A DNA stretch of 63,978 nucleotides, counting the filler, from Stramenopiles sp. TOSAG23-3 (lineage: Eukaryota), in assembly GCA_900128585.1 (NCBI GenBank). It is 5 parts of 5 records of this genome, joined end to end, with 100 filler letters (N's around TTAATTAATTAA, not from the genome) between each part and the next. Parts side by side here need not be neighbours in the genome. Positions count along the whole stretch, not along the records: positions 38,481 to 51,189 come from LT642667.1; positions 51,290 to 63,978 come from LT642668.1; 3 more parts are not named here. One strand, 5' to 3'. The notes beneath the pieces are model-generated. The model made no database searches and had not been told where the DNA came from. It was given only the letters and a program-made list of their open reading frames with translations. Shown here one piece after another: positions 42,069 through 54,500 of this stretch (its first letter is position 1; each line of letters starts with the position of its first letter). The translations under genes and the position numbers were made by a program.

Positions 42069-42249
42069 AATTAAAAACAAGAAAATTGGCTGTTATTTAA
42101 GTAAAATTAAATTAATTACTTGAAATTGATTCTGTAATTTTGTTTCGTTGTTGGTTGTCAATCACCGAGGGGATGATATAATTTCAAATGAACAATTTGA
42201 TTCCATTTGTCCGTTGTGATAAAATTAACAGCCAATTTTTTGTTTTTAA
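42069..42249. promoter_or_regulatory. Conserved 3'-flank element, inverted pair (copy G on +, copy H on -) between convergent genes
   Basis: AATTAAAAACAAGAAAATTGGCTGTTATT starting at 42069, and reverse-strand TTAAAAACAAAAAATTGGCTGTTA at 42226-42249. Confidence 0.75.
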
Positions 42250-42388
42250 AAATTTAAAAGTTTTACTTCTTAAAACAAAACAAAAAAAGTTCATAAGATA
42301 AATATTAAAAGAGCACACAGCATTATATTTTGGTCTTTTTTAATGTTTTTTTTTTGAAAAAGCCTGCGCTTGGTGTTCCGGACTAAAT

Positions 42389-45300
42389 CTACACCAAAAC
42401 CAGCTGCTTCATAGACAGACATTTCAATACCCAGCTGAGGGGCACTTTGCGGCGCCGAAGCATGCTGTCGACTGCCGCATCGTCCTTAATTTTGCTCGAA
42501 TATCCGGTTCCACTTCTGGTTTCCTCACCACCATTATCAGGAGTGACTATATGGGTAATGCCTCTGTCAGTAGGATCGGTCGAAATATTTCCCCCAACCA
42601 TCTCGATATTTACCAAGGTACACGATTCCATCATTTTCAAGTCTTCAAAGAAGAACACAAATTTTGCAAAGAAATACTGGCCAAGAAATGAACCGCTCGT
42701 TCCTCTGTGCAACAAGTCGAAGGCGGTGGGGTCATCGCCCAACGCTTGGTATAGGGAAGTCCATTGTTGCGCATTGCTCGTTCGCTCGTGGGGGATGAAA
42801 ATCCCATCGCTTATCTTTTCATCTTCTCCACAAGGAATGCTTTTTGCGCCGTCCATTTGTGCAAACACTGTCTTCAATTCCTCCGCATTACCCTCGTGGT
42901 AGTATAGATCTCCATAAGCATCTTTGTACAGACGCTCCTTGTCTCTTCTCATGGAAAGCAACCAGTCACGGGGAGAAGCGTATGGATTTATCCACAATGA
43001 CCTCCGCTCCACTTCATCCAACCACGCCAATGTCAGAATGTCGCACTTCCCACCACTTGCAAAGTTTTTTATTTTCGCAGAATCAATCTGGGCCGCAATA
43101 GAGAAGAAATTTTGGGGGCACTGTTCCGGGGGATTTGCTTGAGTTTTTCCTCCGAGGGCGCACACACGATGCGCGACTTCCTTTGCAGCGTTTGCGTTTA
43201 GGGTGGCTTTTGAAATGAACACAATAAACGTTTTGCCGGATAAGGGGGCGTTGGATGGTACGCTTAACATGTCGTGTTCATCTCCATCGAAATTAAGAAT
43301 AGAACTTGAAACTGTCAAACTGGACGGTGGAGTTCGTCCAGCGTCTGCCGCTGGCAATGACTGGCTCATTTCTCCCTGGCTATTGCTATGGCTTAGCTTT
43401 GTGTGACGCCGAGACAACTCCGGAGTCGTCATTGCATCGTACCAATTTTTGTCCAGCCGCTTTGTTTTTACACGAGGAAACCTAACAGTTATGCCAGCAT
43501 TGAACTGATCTGTATTGTGCAATTCTGCCCCACAAATCTCAACCACGAATGATTTTGTTGGTTGAAACCACACGTCTGGAACGTCATCTTTTTTCTTCGG
43601 AATCCACCCAGAAAAGTGAGGGGGGATAATTGGTTTCCCAGATGCTGCATGCTCGGTTTTGAAGGTGGCTTTCTTGAGCAACTGGTTCCAATCTTGGAGC
43701 TCGCTCACGGAATACCCAGTACCAACTTTGCAAACTGTGTGAAAAAACTGTCCGTCCTCAAGCGAATCATTACACACTGACGTGTTGATCCTTGTACCTA
43801 GCAAAAAGTGAGAAATAAGAGTCGACCTTCTTCTTCCACTAGCATAGTATCCCCCTAGTACAAGTAAGTCCAAGGAGTCGGACAGCTCGCCCAAGTATTC
43901 TGGTTTGAGCTTAACCCAGTAACCCTCTGAAGTTTCAGTTAACATGTGCGTTAGTTGAAATGAAAACAAAATTATTAAATTGATCGCTTGTACTTACTTT
44001 TTCGGGACGACTCGCCTAGGATGTAAGGTGATCCAAAATTTTTCAATACCAGCCCCTCTTTTTTTTCGAGATGAACACTCTCCATGCATTCCAATATTAT
44101 ATCCTGCCACGAATTGGGTTGACTCGACAATAGCGTCTTGTATGGGACAGTGTAAAATACATTTGGAATGGGCCGTATTAGCTTGCTCAACAAATCTTTT
44201 CTCGTTGCTAATGCCTCGTTCATTACATTTCCATTAATGTGAGATTTTCCCCCGTCATGCTGCACGTAAAGAATGTCAAAAACAACGTAGCATGGCCACA
44301 TTTCTGACATGTCATTCGTCAAAACTCCATTTCTCTGTATTTGTTTATCTTCCGCTTTGGACTTATTTTCCGTAGATTTTCTTTTGTGTTCAATGAATGA
44401 AGACAAGAAGCCAAACTCGTTAAATCGCTGGTTTCTGTCGTCCCATAGCAGCATTTCACCGTCCAGTATGCATTCTTTGCAGGACACGTTCTTTATTGCA
44501 GGCCCTCCCATATACTTCAAATACCTATTCGTATAATCAATGCAATTTCGAGTGAAAAGTTTGACAGCATCGCCCTTTTTGTGCAGTAAGATCCTATCAC
44601 CATCTAATTTATCTTCGATGCATAAGCTAGCGTTTCCATTATACAGCGGGGTGGTTGCTGTTTTCTTCCTTCTCTTCAAAGATGATTTGCACAAGGAGAA
44701 CCAGTTCCATACTTCTTTCCATGAATTAAGCCGTTTTGCTAACATGGGGCTGCACCCCTGAAAAACCCTCAAACTAGCACAAAACCGTTCGTTCGGATTC
44801 CGCAGCTTTGAGCAAACCAATTTGAGGTTTCTGCAATGATCGTAAAAGCTCGGCGCATCTGGATGAAATTTGCTGAAAAAGCGTTCTTTTCCCAGTCCCA
44901 TCTTCATGTCTTTGAATATAATACGACAAATCCATTTATGTTCCCTCGCACTGCAAGATTTTATAAACCTGCTTATTACTTGTTGCTTTTCTGCTTCTGA
45001 ATGGGCCGCTGCGAGTTTGTCTAACTCTGCATTAACATCGCCGACGGTAAAGCCGTCACGGGACCTTTTCCTGCATCGGGGGGCTAATACGTCTTCTAGG
45101 ATAGTAGAAAAATCTCCCACTACAACACCTAACCCGCTTGAAGCATGCAGCGTTGGATCTCGGAAGTTCTTCAAACGTTTTTCGGGAAGCCCACTAAGAC
45201 CTAATTCTTTTATGTACAAGGTGGCCAATTTCTTAACTTTTAGTCCATAATTGTAGCGTGATTTATCAGCGTCAGGAATAACCAATCTTATAATACTGTA

Positions 45301-45498
45301 AGCACTCTCGTTCTTTTCATGCAGTTCCTGGTACAATTCAGGGCTTAAAATGAACCCAAGTTTTTCTTCAACTATACCTGTCTTTGAAATCTTCTCGAGC
45401 TTATCGGTCAGATCAGCGAACAAGAGAGAATCGCAGTATGTGTGCGGCGTGCGAAGGCACTCCTCCCTTTCGATATCCTCAAGATCTGCAATATCCAT
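42389..45498 (-). CDS. LIG4: DNA ligase IV; 2 exons (45498-43998, 43926-42389)
   Basis: DNA-binding domain, EDKLDGDR (KxDG), ILDGEM, EGLVLK, WVKLKPEY, RFPR and two BRCT-like C-terminal regions. A 71-nt intron restores the frame. Confidence 0.92.
43927..43997 (-). other. Spliceosomal intron in LIG4
   Basis: GTAAGT donor, CTAAC branch site and TTCAG acceptor; phase 1. Confidence 0.85.
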
Positions 45499-46201
45499 CT
45501 TTCACTGTCTTAATAGTGGTGTATTGCTTCATTCATTTGTTTGCATTCTTTACTCTTGGTTCTTATACATCATTTTACTATACGGTATACGATGTCGTTT
45601 TACCAAGAACAATTATCAAATGAATTCAGAGTGAAAAGAAGAATATGAAGAAGAATGAAGAAAGAAGAAGAAGAACGAAGAACGAAGAACGACGAAGAAG
45701 AAGAAAGAAGAAAATGAGTTGATTTTGTACTACTATTATTATATCTCTAAAAATAAAACCACCCACTACCCCCCCATCATCCACTCTAATACTAATAATT
45801 TATTAGGTACTAAAATAAGAAAGGGAAGCAAGATCAAGAAAGAAAGAAAAAATCCATACAATCAATAACAAAAGTGTCACAGTGTCACACTATTACAGTA
45901 CATTAAAAAAAACAAAATCATTTTGCCGCGAAACGACAAGCTCCTTCCTCCATATTTTTTTTTTTTTTAAATCGGTGGATGATCGATAATGACTAGTAAG
46001 ATCGATTCAGCGCAAAAAACAACAACAACAAAAATATGTTTCTTTCTTCTTCTTTTTTTTTTGATTAAATTATTAATTATTTAGTATAATGAACACACAT
46101 CTTCAAAAATGCAAATACAAATGCCCAGATAAAATTTTATTTGTCTACCTTTTGAAGACCCAATTGCGACATCGCAAATCAGGTATAGAGGATTTTGAAT
46201 A

Positions 46202-47992
46202 ATGATAAGGGGTTTCTTGTTTTTTTTGCTGGCGGCCAGTGCTGCCGCAGGAGTTGCAACTGAAAGCCCAAACATTGTCTTTCTAGTCGTCGAGTCAACT
46301 GATGGGCGTACTTGGAGACGAGGTTACCAGAATAATGTTTTTAACGATACGAATTTGAAGAATTTGAGGACATTGGAAGACCTAGGAGGCACCAGTTTTC
46401 ACACTCACTACTCCAATACTCCCGTGTAAGTTACCAAGACTTGCCCCCCCCCCACACACACACACACATAAGAACCCCTTCTAACAATTCACCGCTTTTG
46501 TTAAAAAAAAAAAAGATGCTGCCCTTCTCGCGCTACGTTTTGGTCGGGAAGGCACGCGCATCACATACCGCATATGCATAATGATATCAAAGTAGGTGGG
46601 GCATGGAATAATTACGAAGGGTTGCCGACAGGGTATACAGATCGCATGGACCAAGTGTTACAACGGAACGGTTATGCCACATTGCAAACAGGAAAATATG
46701 ATTGGGAAAGCGGGTCGCACTCCTTAAATGTTCGGTTGAACGCGTGGACAATGTATACTCGGTTTCCCTACAATATCAACCAATCTGGTGGGTGGCGCGA
46801 TGAAACGGATGAATGCAGGAGTGAAGGTACCGTTGAGCCTGGAAATACGACCATCCACCCTGAAGATTGGGCAACCGTCAAGAAAACGACGGCTTGGATA
46901 CGAAACTACAAAGGAGAGAAGCCTTTCTTCGTGTACTCTGGCATGAATATTGTGCACCCACCCTACGTGACAAACGAGCATTATTTTAATAAAATTGACC
47001 CAAAGAAGGTCGATGTTCCTGCCTGGCCGGCATTAGAGGATTTGCACCCTTGCGACCTGCAAAGCTCCATGCTCAAAGGATGCACGCCCTCCCACGAAGA
47101 GGAAGAAAGCTTCTATTCCGTCGATCGCAGACGGCGAATCCGTCGAATCTATCTCGCTATGATCAGTGAATGGGATGATATGGTTGGCGAATATATGAAA
47201 GCGGTCAAAGACAGCGGAAAGTGGGACAACACCGTGTTTATCGTAACTAGTGATCATGGAGACCAACAAATGGAGCACCAACAACATTACAAGATGGTCC
47301 CGTATGATGCTTCTGCTTCCGTTCCAATGATCATATTTGACGGACGGCGCGCGAATAAGGGCAACAAAGTCATCACCAGCCCGACGCAATTGATCGATAT
47401 CTATCCAACCGTGATGGAATATGCAAATGTACATCCAGAAAATATACCAAGTGGCCTGGATGGTAAAAGTTTGGTCAAGCTGGTTGAGGCATCCTCCCCC
47501 GACGGTCGTCCAGATTTTGTTGTGTCGCAATTTCACGGCTGTAACATAGCAATGTCTTGGTTTGCCATCGTGCAGAGAGTGGCGTGCTATGGTAGACAAA
47601 AGTGTTTGGTCAAATACATTCGCTGGGGCACTGGGAAGGAAGTTGAAGACCAGCTTTTCAATCTGACAAACGATCCAGATGAAAGAAAAAATATTGCCCG
47701 CGATCCAGAATTTGCGTCTCTGATTGAGCAGTTGGACCAAAACTTAAAAAGTGTGGTCAACTACGAGGAGGTGGCAGAGGAGGTTGCCTTGTACAACAAG
47801 GAGGGTTTAAAGTGGTGGATCAGCAACAATACAGATTGGAGAGAGAAGATTCACAAAAAAGATTTGAGGTGGACAAGCAGCTGGGATGCTGCCGGAAACA
47901 AGGCAGCCTTTGCAGCCCTTGAAGAATGGTTGAATAGTGACATAAAAGTTATGCCGTGTAGGACAACCTTGGAATGGCCTTCGGGCAGTTAA
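46202..47992 (+). CDS. Formylglycine-dependent sulfatase (arylsulfatase K-like), secreted; 2 exons (46202-46425, 46516-47992)
   Basis: Signal peptide and PNIVFLVVES.DGR. Splicing gives TPVCCPSRATFWSG (CxPxR). Also AWNNYEGL, GKYDW.SGSHS, HPPY and SDHG. Confidence 0.9.
46426..46515 (+). other. Spliceosomal intron in sulfatase gene
   Basis: GTAAGT donor, CTAAC branch site and AAG acceptor after a poly-A run; splicing joins the signal-peptide exon to the CxPxR exon in frame. Confidence 0.85.
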
Positions 47993-48145
47993 GTCGCGGT
48001 GTTCAATTGCTCTGTTCACTCGCACATAAGAAAAATAAATGTACGAAGTACGATTACAAAGACACAGACGGTTATTTTTTTTTATACATTTTGCGTACGA
48101 ATTAACTTATACTTTAAGAGTTGTTGTAACACGTAAATGTCAGAA

Positions 48146-49195
48146 CTAAAAACGAATAAATTCGGCAAGAAGACCAAAATGGTCCGATGGGAATATCCCA
48201 GATTCCCCTTTCAAAGGATCCGTCCCAAGAAGGTGTATCGAAGCTGGGGACACAAACTGCGAAGACGGTGGCAAATGGTTGCCCCCGCTACCATCTACTC
48301 CGGTCTTAATAAGCACCACGCGATCAAAGCGAACCTGCTTGTGCTTCCTTTTAATATTGAATCGCATCACGTTTATCTTGGTATCCTCTGTCCACCCTAC
48401 TTCATCAGGGTGGAGGTGTGCCCAAACGTCACACAATCTATTGTCCGTAGAAATCATCAGATTTTCGCTCCACGTTCCACACAAATTGAAGTCTCCCGCG
48501 AGAATCACTCCGTGAAGAGCAAGGGGTAACGCTGGAGTGGCGCTTTCACTTTCGGGAATATTCGCTTTAACTTGAGCATTCGCTTCGTGCGATAACGTAT
48601 TTTCGCCACCGTCAAACAGCTTTTTTTTCGCTAGCTGGAGCGATGATCGAATTGAGGTCTTTCCTCGTTGATGTACCTCTTCAAGATTCTTGAAATAAGC
48701 GAACGGGTCGCCTCTTTTCAAATGTGGTAGCAGTGTTGCAAGCTGGGCCTCTCGTCTGGAGGCATTCTGTTTCATGCTCTCAAGATGAACGGTACAAACC
48801 CGAATGCGCGATTTATCTTGCAGCAGAACATCCGCGATGAGCGCCCGTCGACCAAGCTTGGTCGGGAGACGAACCGTCCAAGTGCCAAGGACATCGACAC
48901 CTCCAGCAACCCAAACCGCAACATCATAGCCACAGTGAAGTCTCGGCAGTCCCGCACATTTGTATCCGCCTGCCAATATTGCAGGGTGAATTATGCATTG
49001 CGCATGAAACTCTGCCGTGACCTCTTGGAAGCAAACTATAGCCGGCTTAGAGGCCAGACTCTCCGTCAACAGTGCATCCCACCTTGCCTCCGCTTCGAAA
49101 GAATCGAACCAAACGTTCCAGGTCACAAACTGAAAGCGTCGAGGGACTCGAGCATCACTCTTCTTTAATGACACGTCAGACGCAAGAGTAGCCAT
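48146..49195 (-). CDS. TDP2: Tyrosyl-DNA phosphodiesterase 2-like EEP-family enzyme
   Basis: VTWNVWF, CFQEVT, HLES, AGDFNL, RFDRV and PSDHFGL. Confidence 0.8.
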   Translation of the reverse strand: MATLASDVSLKKSDARVPRRFQFVTWNVWFDSFEAEARWDALLTESLASKPAIVCFQEVTAEFHAQCIIHPAILAGGYKCAGLPRLHCGYDVAVWVAGGVDVLGTWTVRLPTKLGRRALIADVLLQDKSRIRVCTVHLESMKQNASRREAQLATLLPHLKRGDPFAYFKNLEEVHQRGKTSIRSSLQLAKKKLFDGGENTLSHEANAQVKANIPESESATPALPLALHGVILAGDFNLCGTWSENLMISTDNRLCDVWAHLHPDEVGWTEDTKINVMRFNIKRKHKQVRFDRVVLIKTGVDGSGGNHLPPSSQFVSPASIHLLGTDPLKGESGIFPSDHFGLLAEFIRF

Positions 49196-50049
49196 CCAAA
49201 ACTTACAACTTCTAATCTAAAAGATTTGTTTATAATTTTCGTTATAAAATAATTTAAATAACCACTAATATTTAGACTAGTAACACAAATATCTCGCCGT
49301 TCACATGAATACTACCTCCTCTGTCCTCTGCTAATTTATTTTTTTTAAATAAAATAATTGTCCTACTACGAGTAGTCTTCTAGACTAATGTAATAAATTT
49401 TAATTCTTTTGTGTTCGTTGTTTTCTTGTTGTGTTTTTAGTGTGTGGTATTTTATACGTATAATACCATCCAACTCCGAATCACGTTAAAAGTTTAATAA
49501 TATCTTTGAATCACGTACTTAACGTAGTTAGTAAATATTAAATATTGGTCTATCATTACATTAGTTTTACTCGATTAAAATTGTTACGTGATTTGGATAT
49601 CTTTTTTACTTTTGGTAGGTCAAGCGTCAAGCGTCAAGCGGGACGGGAAAAAACATTTTAAAGGCGACAGCATGAACCATAGAATTTTGGAAAATATTTT
49701 TGTAGTCAGCAGTACTACAGGCAACAGGCAACAGGAAAAATTCTTTTGATATAAAGAATTGAAGAATGATTATTTCTGTGGTGTGTGTTGTTGTTACACC
49801 TGGTAGTATTATTGTAGACGACTGTGTGTATATGTATTTGATGATTTAACTCACATTATTTGTGTCATTTTTGAATCTGGATAAACTGATACTCCATGAA
49901 TTGGAAGGCGAAATAACAAGCGAGAGAATATAAATCCGTTTCTTCTATCACTAGTTGTGAAAAATTTATGTTAAAACTTTGTACCAGTTCTCTGTTGAAC
50001 CTTTGCACAAATTCTCTCATCAACTTTACCCTCTTCAAAATCCATTGTC

Positions 50050-50556
50050 ATGGCTCAAGAGCCAACTACCATTTACCAGCCGGCTGTTTCTGCTCCACAA
50101 CAAGGCGTCAGAGTGGCGGTGGGGATAGATCAATCACACGCGCAAACATGGGCAGAGCAAAACACAAGACATAAACCTCTGTGTTGTTCGAACAAATCAG
50201 CATTTATTTGCATAGGCATTTCCTACGCTCTTGCTTTTATATGTGAGCAGCTCACAATGGAAGATAGAATACTTGGTCTCGTGTTAGGCATTGCGGCCTT
50301 TCTTATTGGATTCCCAGCACCTATATTTATTTTATACCCAACAATTAAACATTTTGGTCGCCCAGGAGCTCCCAAAAAAAGCGGGGTTGCAACACGATTG
50401 GTTATTGGAACATTCTGCTATGTTATCACGATTATTGTTACAACGATATTAATTATGAATGCGGTTCATAAAACCTCGTCCATGCAAGGGCTTGCTATTG
50501 TTTGTAGCAGTATGCTTGGTTTTTCTGGGCTTATTTTTTATATTGATCAACCATAG
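50050..50556 (+). CDS. Small hypothetical membrane protein (about 4 TM helices)
   Basis: 168-aa ATG-started ORF with four hydrophobic segments; low GC. Confidence 0.6.
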   Translation: MAQEPTTIYQPAVSAPQQGVRVAVGIDQSHAQTWAEQNTRHKPLCCSNKSAFICIGISYALAFICEQLTMEDRILGLVLGIAAFLIGFPAPIFILYPTIKHFGRPGAPKKSGVATRLVIGTFCYVITIIVTTILIMNAVHKTSSMQGLAIVCSSMLGFSGLIFYIDQP

Positions 50557-50789
50557 ATGATCAATGCTGTTATCTTTAAATCGAACAAAGGGGGTAAGCG
50601 TCAATTCCAGAGAGCGAAGAAAGTCTCTAAGAATTCAATAATATTAGAGGGTGTAGAGATACATATTAATATGTACAAAACATTTTTTGTAAAAGACATT
50701 ATGTGTTATTTTTTATGTCTCGCTTACCCGTAAATTAAAAACATTTTAAATTTCCTTCACGGAGGACACTTTGTTTTTGGACTCGTAAA

Positions 50790-51189
50790 TTAGTCGCTCA
50801 AAAGGTAAAGTATAGAGATTTGATCCAACTTTGTCTTCACTTGAATTTCAGTATGCCATTTCTCCTCGATTAACGGCCCTAAATATATCCCATTTGTCCC
50901 AGTGGCAACAAACGCAGGCGATAGTCTTTCGGTTTCGTTTCCCAAACTCTTGGATGGCGGCAAAACCCTCCCTTTCCAGCTTTGTACAGGGCAAAATATA
51001 GCTTCTGGGGGTGGTTTGAAAGATTGCCGGTCAACTGCATATAGTCTTGTTGAGGGAACCGCAGAAATTTGGAAGCCTCTGTCAGGACCCATTAGCTTGC
51101 ATTCGCCACGTGAAGTGATGTCTGCACCCATGCAAAATAAACCTTCAAAAACACCACTGAAACTTTTGTTCTTCAACTGCATTTTCTCC
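50790..51189 (-). CDS. 3' fragment of hypothetical protein, cut by contig end
   Basis: Open frame of coding-like composition running from the contig edge to the stop at 50790. Confidence 0.4.
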
Positions 51190-51289
51190 NNNNNNNNNNN
51201 NNNNNNNNNNNNNNNNNNNNNNNNNNNNNNNNNTTAATTAATTAANNNNNNNNNNNNNNNNNNNNNNNNNNNNNNNNNNNNNNNNNNNN
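51190..51289. other. Artificial contig linker
   Basis: N44-TTAATTAATTAA-N44. Confidence 0.97.
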
Positions 51290-51570
51290 GAAGAAGAAGG
51301 AAGAAGAAGGAAGAAAGAAAAATAACAAAGAAGCGGTCCGACGACGATGATCATTTCGAGCATTATTCTTGCAGCAGGCACGTAGCATTCAAAAGACACC
51401 CACTGTAATGATTCAGACGTCTACTAATTGATCTTACTTCTATGCTGTATTGATGTAATTTCGGTGAGTGTGTATCAAATAGTTGTAATTTAATAAGTTT
51501 TTATAGGTGATATTGCAATTGCTATCAAATTTTTATAGTAGACGACTTCATAGGAACATTTTATACTAAA

Positions 51571-54500
51571 TTAAACTTTCTCTTCGCCATTATTACTATT
51601 ATTATTGGCGCTGTCACCAGCAGTGTTGATCAGGTTTTCTCTGTACCTCAACACTCTGTACGTTTCCATGATGAGTTTGGCCGCATAGACATGTTCCGTC
51701 GTAAATCCAGTGCGCATTTTTGAGGTGTGACCTACCGAAAATCGGGTCAAAAACTTTACCAATTGCTTGTGCTGATCAGGCAGCGTGAGGTCTTCAATCT
51801 GGTAACCTCGGCTGCGATGAAGCATGTCCTTCGCCATGGCGGTTGCAACGTCCGTGTAACATGCGTAGTTCCCGGCGTAGTGGGGAAGTCCGAGGGAGAG
51901 GACGGCATTGCCTAGGGCATATTGGTCCTTGCGGATGTGCTCTGGGAACCCAAATGGTTCGGGAACTTTTTTCAGCAATTCTATTAGTTGGTCTTTCCTG
52001 ATGTAAAGGGTTGCGTGGGGATCAAACAATTGCCACCTGCTGGTGAATTCCATAAAGTTTTGGGCCGACAACACAGAACTTTCCCCGTTTGTGATTTCAC
52101 TGAAACCGTCGCAAATGATACCAATGAACATGTTCAGCATGATAAACGTCACCAACAGTGTAAACGACACAAAAAAAGGAAACGCGACAGGAGTTCCACA
52201 ACCGTCTACTGGGACGCAACCTTCTGCATTCCCATTAAAGGCGCAAATGCTCGGGTCATAAGCAGGGTCTTCGTTGCAATTCTCCGACGCCGAAGACAGG
52301 TCCCACATGATCGTGTTCCACGCCTCTCCGGTCGAGCATCGTATCAATGTCATCATTGCATTTCCCAGGGTCTGAAAGTTCGCGTGGTCGTCCAACAGCC
52401 CTACTAGTTTCGCTTTCGCAAATATCTGCACACCCATTATCGCGTATATAAAAAGGAACAGGAACAGGAGACTGCCAACGTTCGCCAAGCCTGGGAGCGT
52501 GAGCAGCAGCGTGTTAAACAGCATCCTCAAGCTCTTTGCGCGTTTTACCAAGCGTACGATTCGGCAAATGCGGAAGGTACGGATTATCATTGCAATCATG
52601 GTCACATTTCCGCCCGCGGTGCCGCCGGTGCTCGTCCATTGAAAAAATAGCCCCACCAGTGTGCCCACAACGATGGTAAAGTCAAAGATGTTCCACAAGT
52701 TGTAGACGTGCCGAACTTCTGGGACAGTCGGCTCAGATTCTTTCTCGTAGTGATCCTTCTGAATTTTTTTCTTGAACCCTTTGTCGTTATGGATCGCGTT
52801 CAGCTCCGACATTGGGATTTTGGCAAATGATTTTCTTCGTTTGATTGTTTTATGATGGTGATGCGTTTCGGGTGGTGATTTTTTCCCATCATTTGTTGTC
52901 TTTTTCTCTTCTTTGTGGTACAATGTCTTCAAGCTTGCCAACTTTTTCAGCTGCAGCATTGCAGAAATTTTCAAGTTTTTCAGAGGCGGTCGAACCCCAT
53001 GAACGGGCTGCACCTTGTGCTGTGTGATCGATGGTATTCCTCCAAAATAAACATCGTCGCAGAAGTACCCTGTTCCAAGCGCTAGGAGTTTAAGCACCGC
53101 CTCGACCGTGAAAATGAAGGCAAAGACGTAATTACAAACCTGCAAGAATATCACCCACGTTTCTGGGGCACCGATGTGGACGAGCGCCATCGTGATGGTG
53201 TTGACGCCAATGCAGCCCATTATGAATTCGTCAAAGGATGGGTTTTGTGTTATCTCCCAGCATTTCTTTCTGATGCCGGAGTCCGGGGGCGGAACTTTCG
53301 GGAGCGGGAGGGTTTTGCTTATGACTTTAATGGACCGCACCCATTCCAACTGAGCCTCCGTTAGTAGTCCGTTTTCCCCCAGTTCATTTTTAATCCGTTC
53401 AAAGTTGTCCAGCAGCACACCAACGAACAGGTTCATTACAAAGAAACATCCGACCAGCATAAACCCAAGGTAAAAGAGGACGGGGCCTGTGACGGTGCTA
53501 TTTTCAATTGGCTGCATGCCAATCCCTGTTGCGTCGACCGAATTGTACATCACGTCCACCCAACCCTCCGTCGTGGAAATCTCCAAAAGCGTTAACAGCC
53601 CGTTGCCAACATTGTCAAACGTTTGTGGGATCGTGGGGCCCCATTCCCCGCACATCCATTCGCAGACCAGCTGTGATGTTGCGGCTGCTGCAGTCGTTGT
53701 GTTCATGTACGAATATGTGGCGTTTGAACATGCCCACCCTTGCTCCAATGCAGTCAGTTCGAAGTACGGCTTTGGGTACTGCAGCAAATGCACTTGCTCG
53801 GCTGAAAACCCCTCAAACAGGGCGCCTTGACATGCGTAAAACCGGCCCTTGAAATTGTTGACCCCTACAATCGCAAAAATTAGAAAGATAAGAATGCAGA
53901 CCAGGACTACGTTTACCATTTCTGGCATTGCTGCCAGCATGGCTTGCACGACCAATTTCATCCCCGGAGCACGGGAAATCATGCGCAAAGGCCGGAGGGC
54001 GCGAAAGGTGCGCAGCGATTTCAACCATTTGTACTTGGACGCGTTTCCACTTTTGCTGAGGACCGATATAATTACAATAAGAAAGTCTAGCATATTCCAC
54101 GAGTTTCGTAGGTACGAACCCCGGTGCAAGACGAACCCGCTAGCAACTATTTTGAGCATCATTTCCAAAAAGAAAATAATTGTTAAAATCCAGTCTAACA
54201 CCTCGAGCACTCGGGAGAACGTGTTGCCGCCCTCAAGCAATGGCGAGTCGACGGCAAGGGCCAGGCTACTGATGATGATCATGACGAGGATCGTGTTGTC
54301 AAATAATGACGAGCGCACAAAGTCTGACAACTTTATTCGAAACGGGGAACCTGCGCCAAACATGTACAGTGAAGTCGAATAAAGGCTGACCATCCGTAGG
54401 GTGGCGCCGTCTTCGAGGCCCAGCTCCAAAGGATGCTCGTCGTCTCTCAATTCTCGAGCTTTCCCTTCGAGAAAAAGGCTCTGGACGTTAGGTGGAATGT

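Noticed and set aside
9762-46006. ATCGAT/GATCGATC as a DRE-like promoter motif
   Set aside because: Several copies lie upstream of genes, but a 6-bp motif is expected repeatedly by chance; enrichment cannot be shown by eye.
22910-49740. Short odd-unit tandem repeats in spacers (GTCTGGTC, GTCAAGC, ACAGGCA)
   Set aside because: Each unit is different and present in 2-3 copies; consistent with replication slippage.
12735-51289. Periodic TTAATTAATTAA palindrome every ~12.8 kb
   Set aside because: Identical N-padded 100-nt linkers joining length-sorted contigs. This is an artefact, so adjacency across linkers is meaningless.
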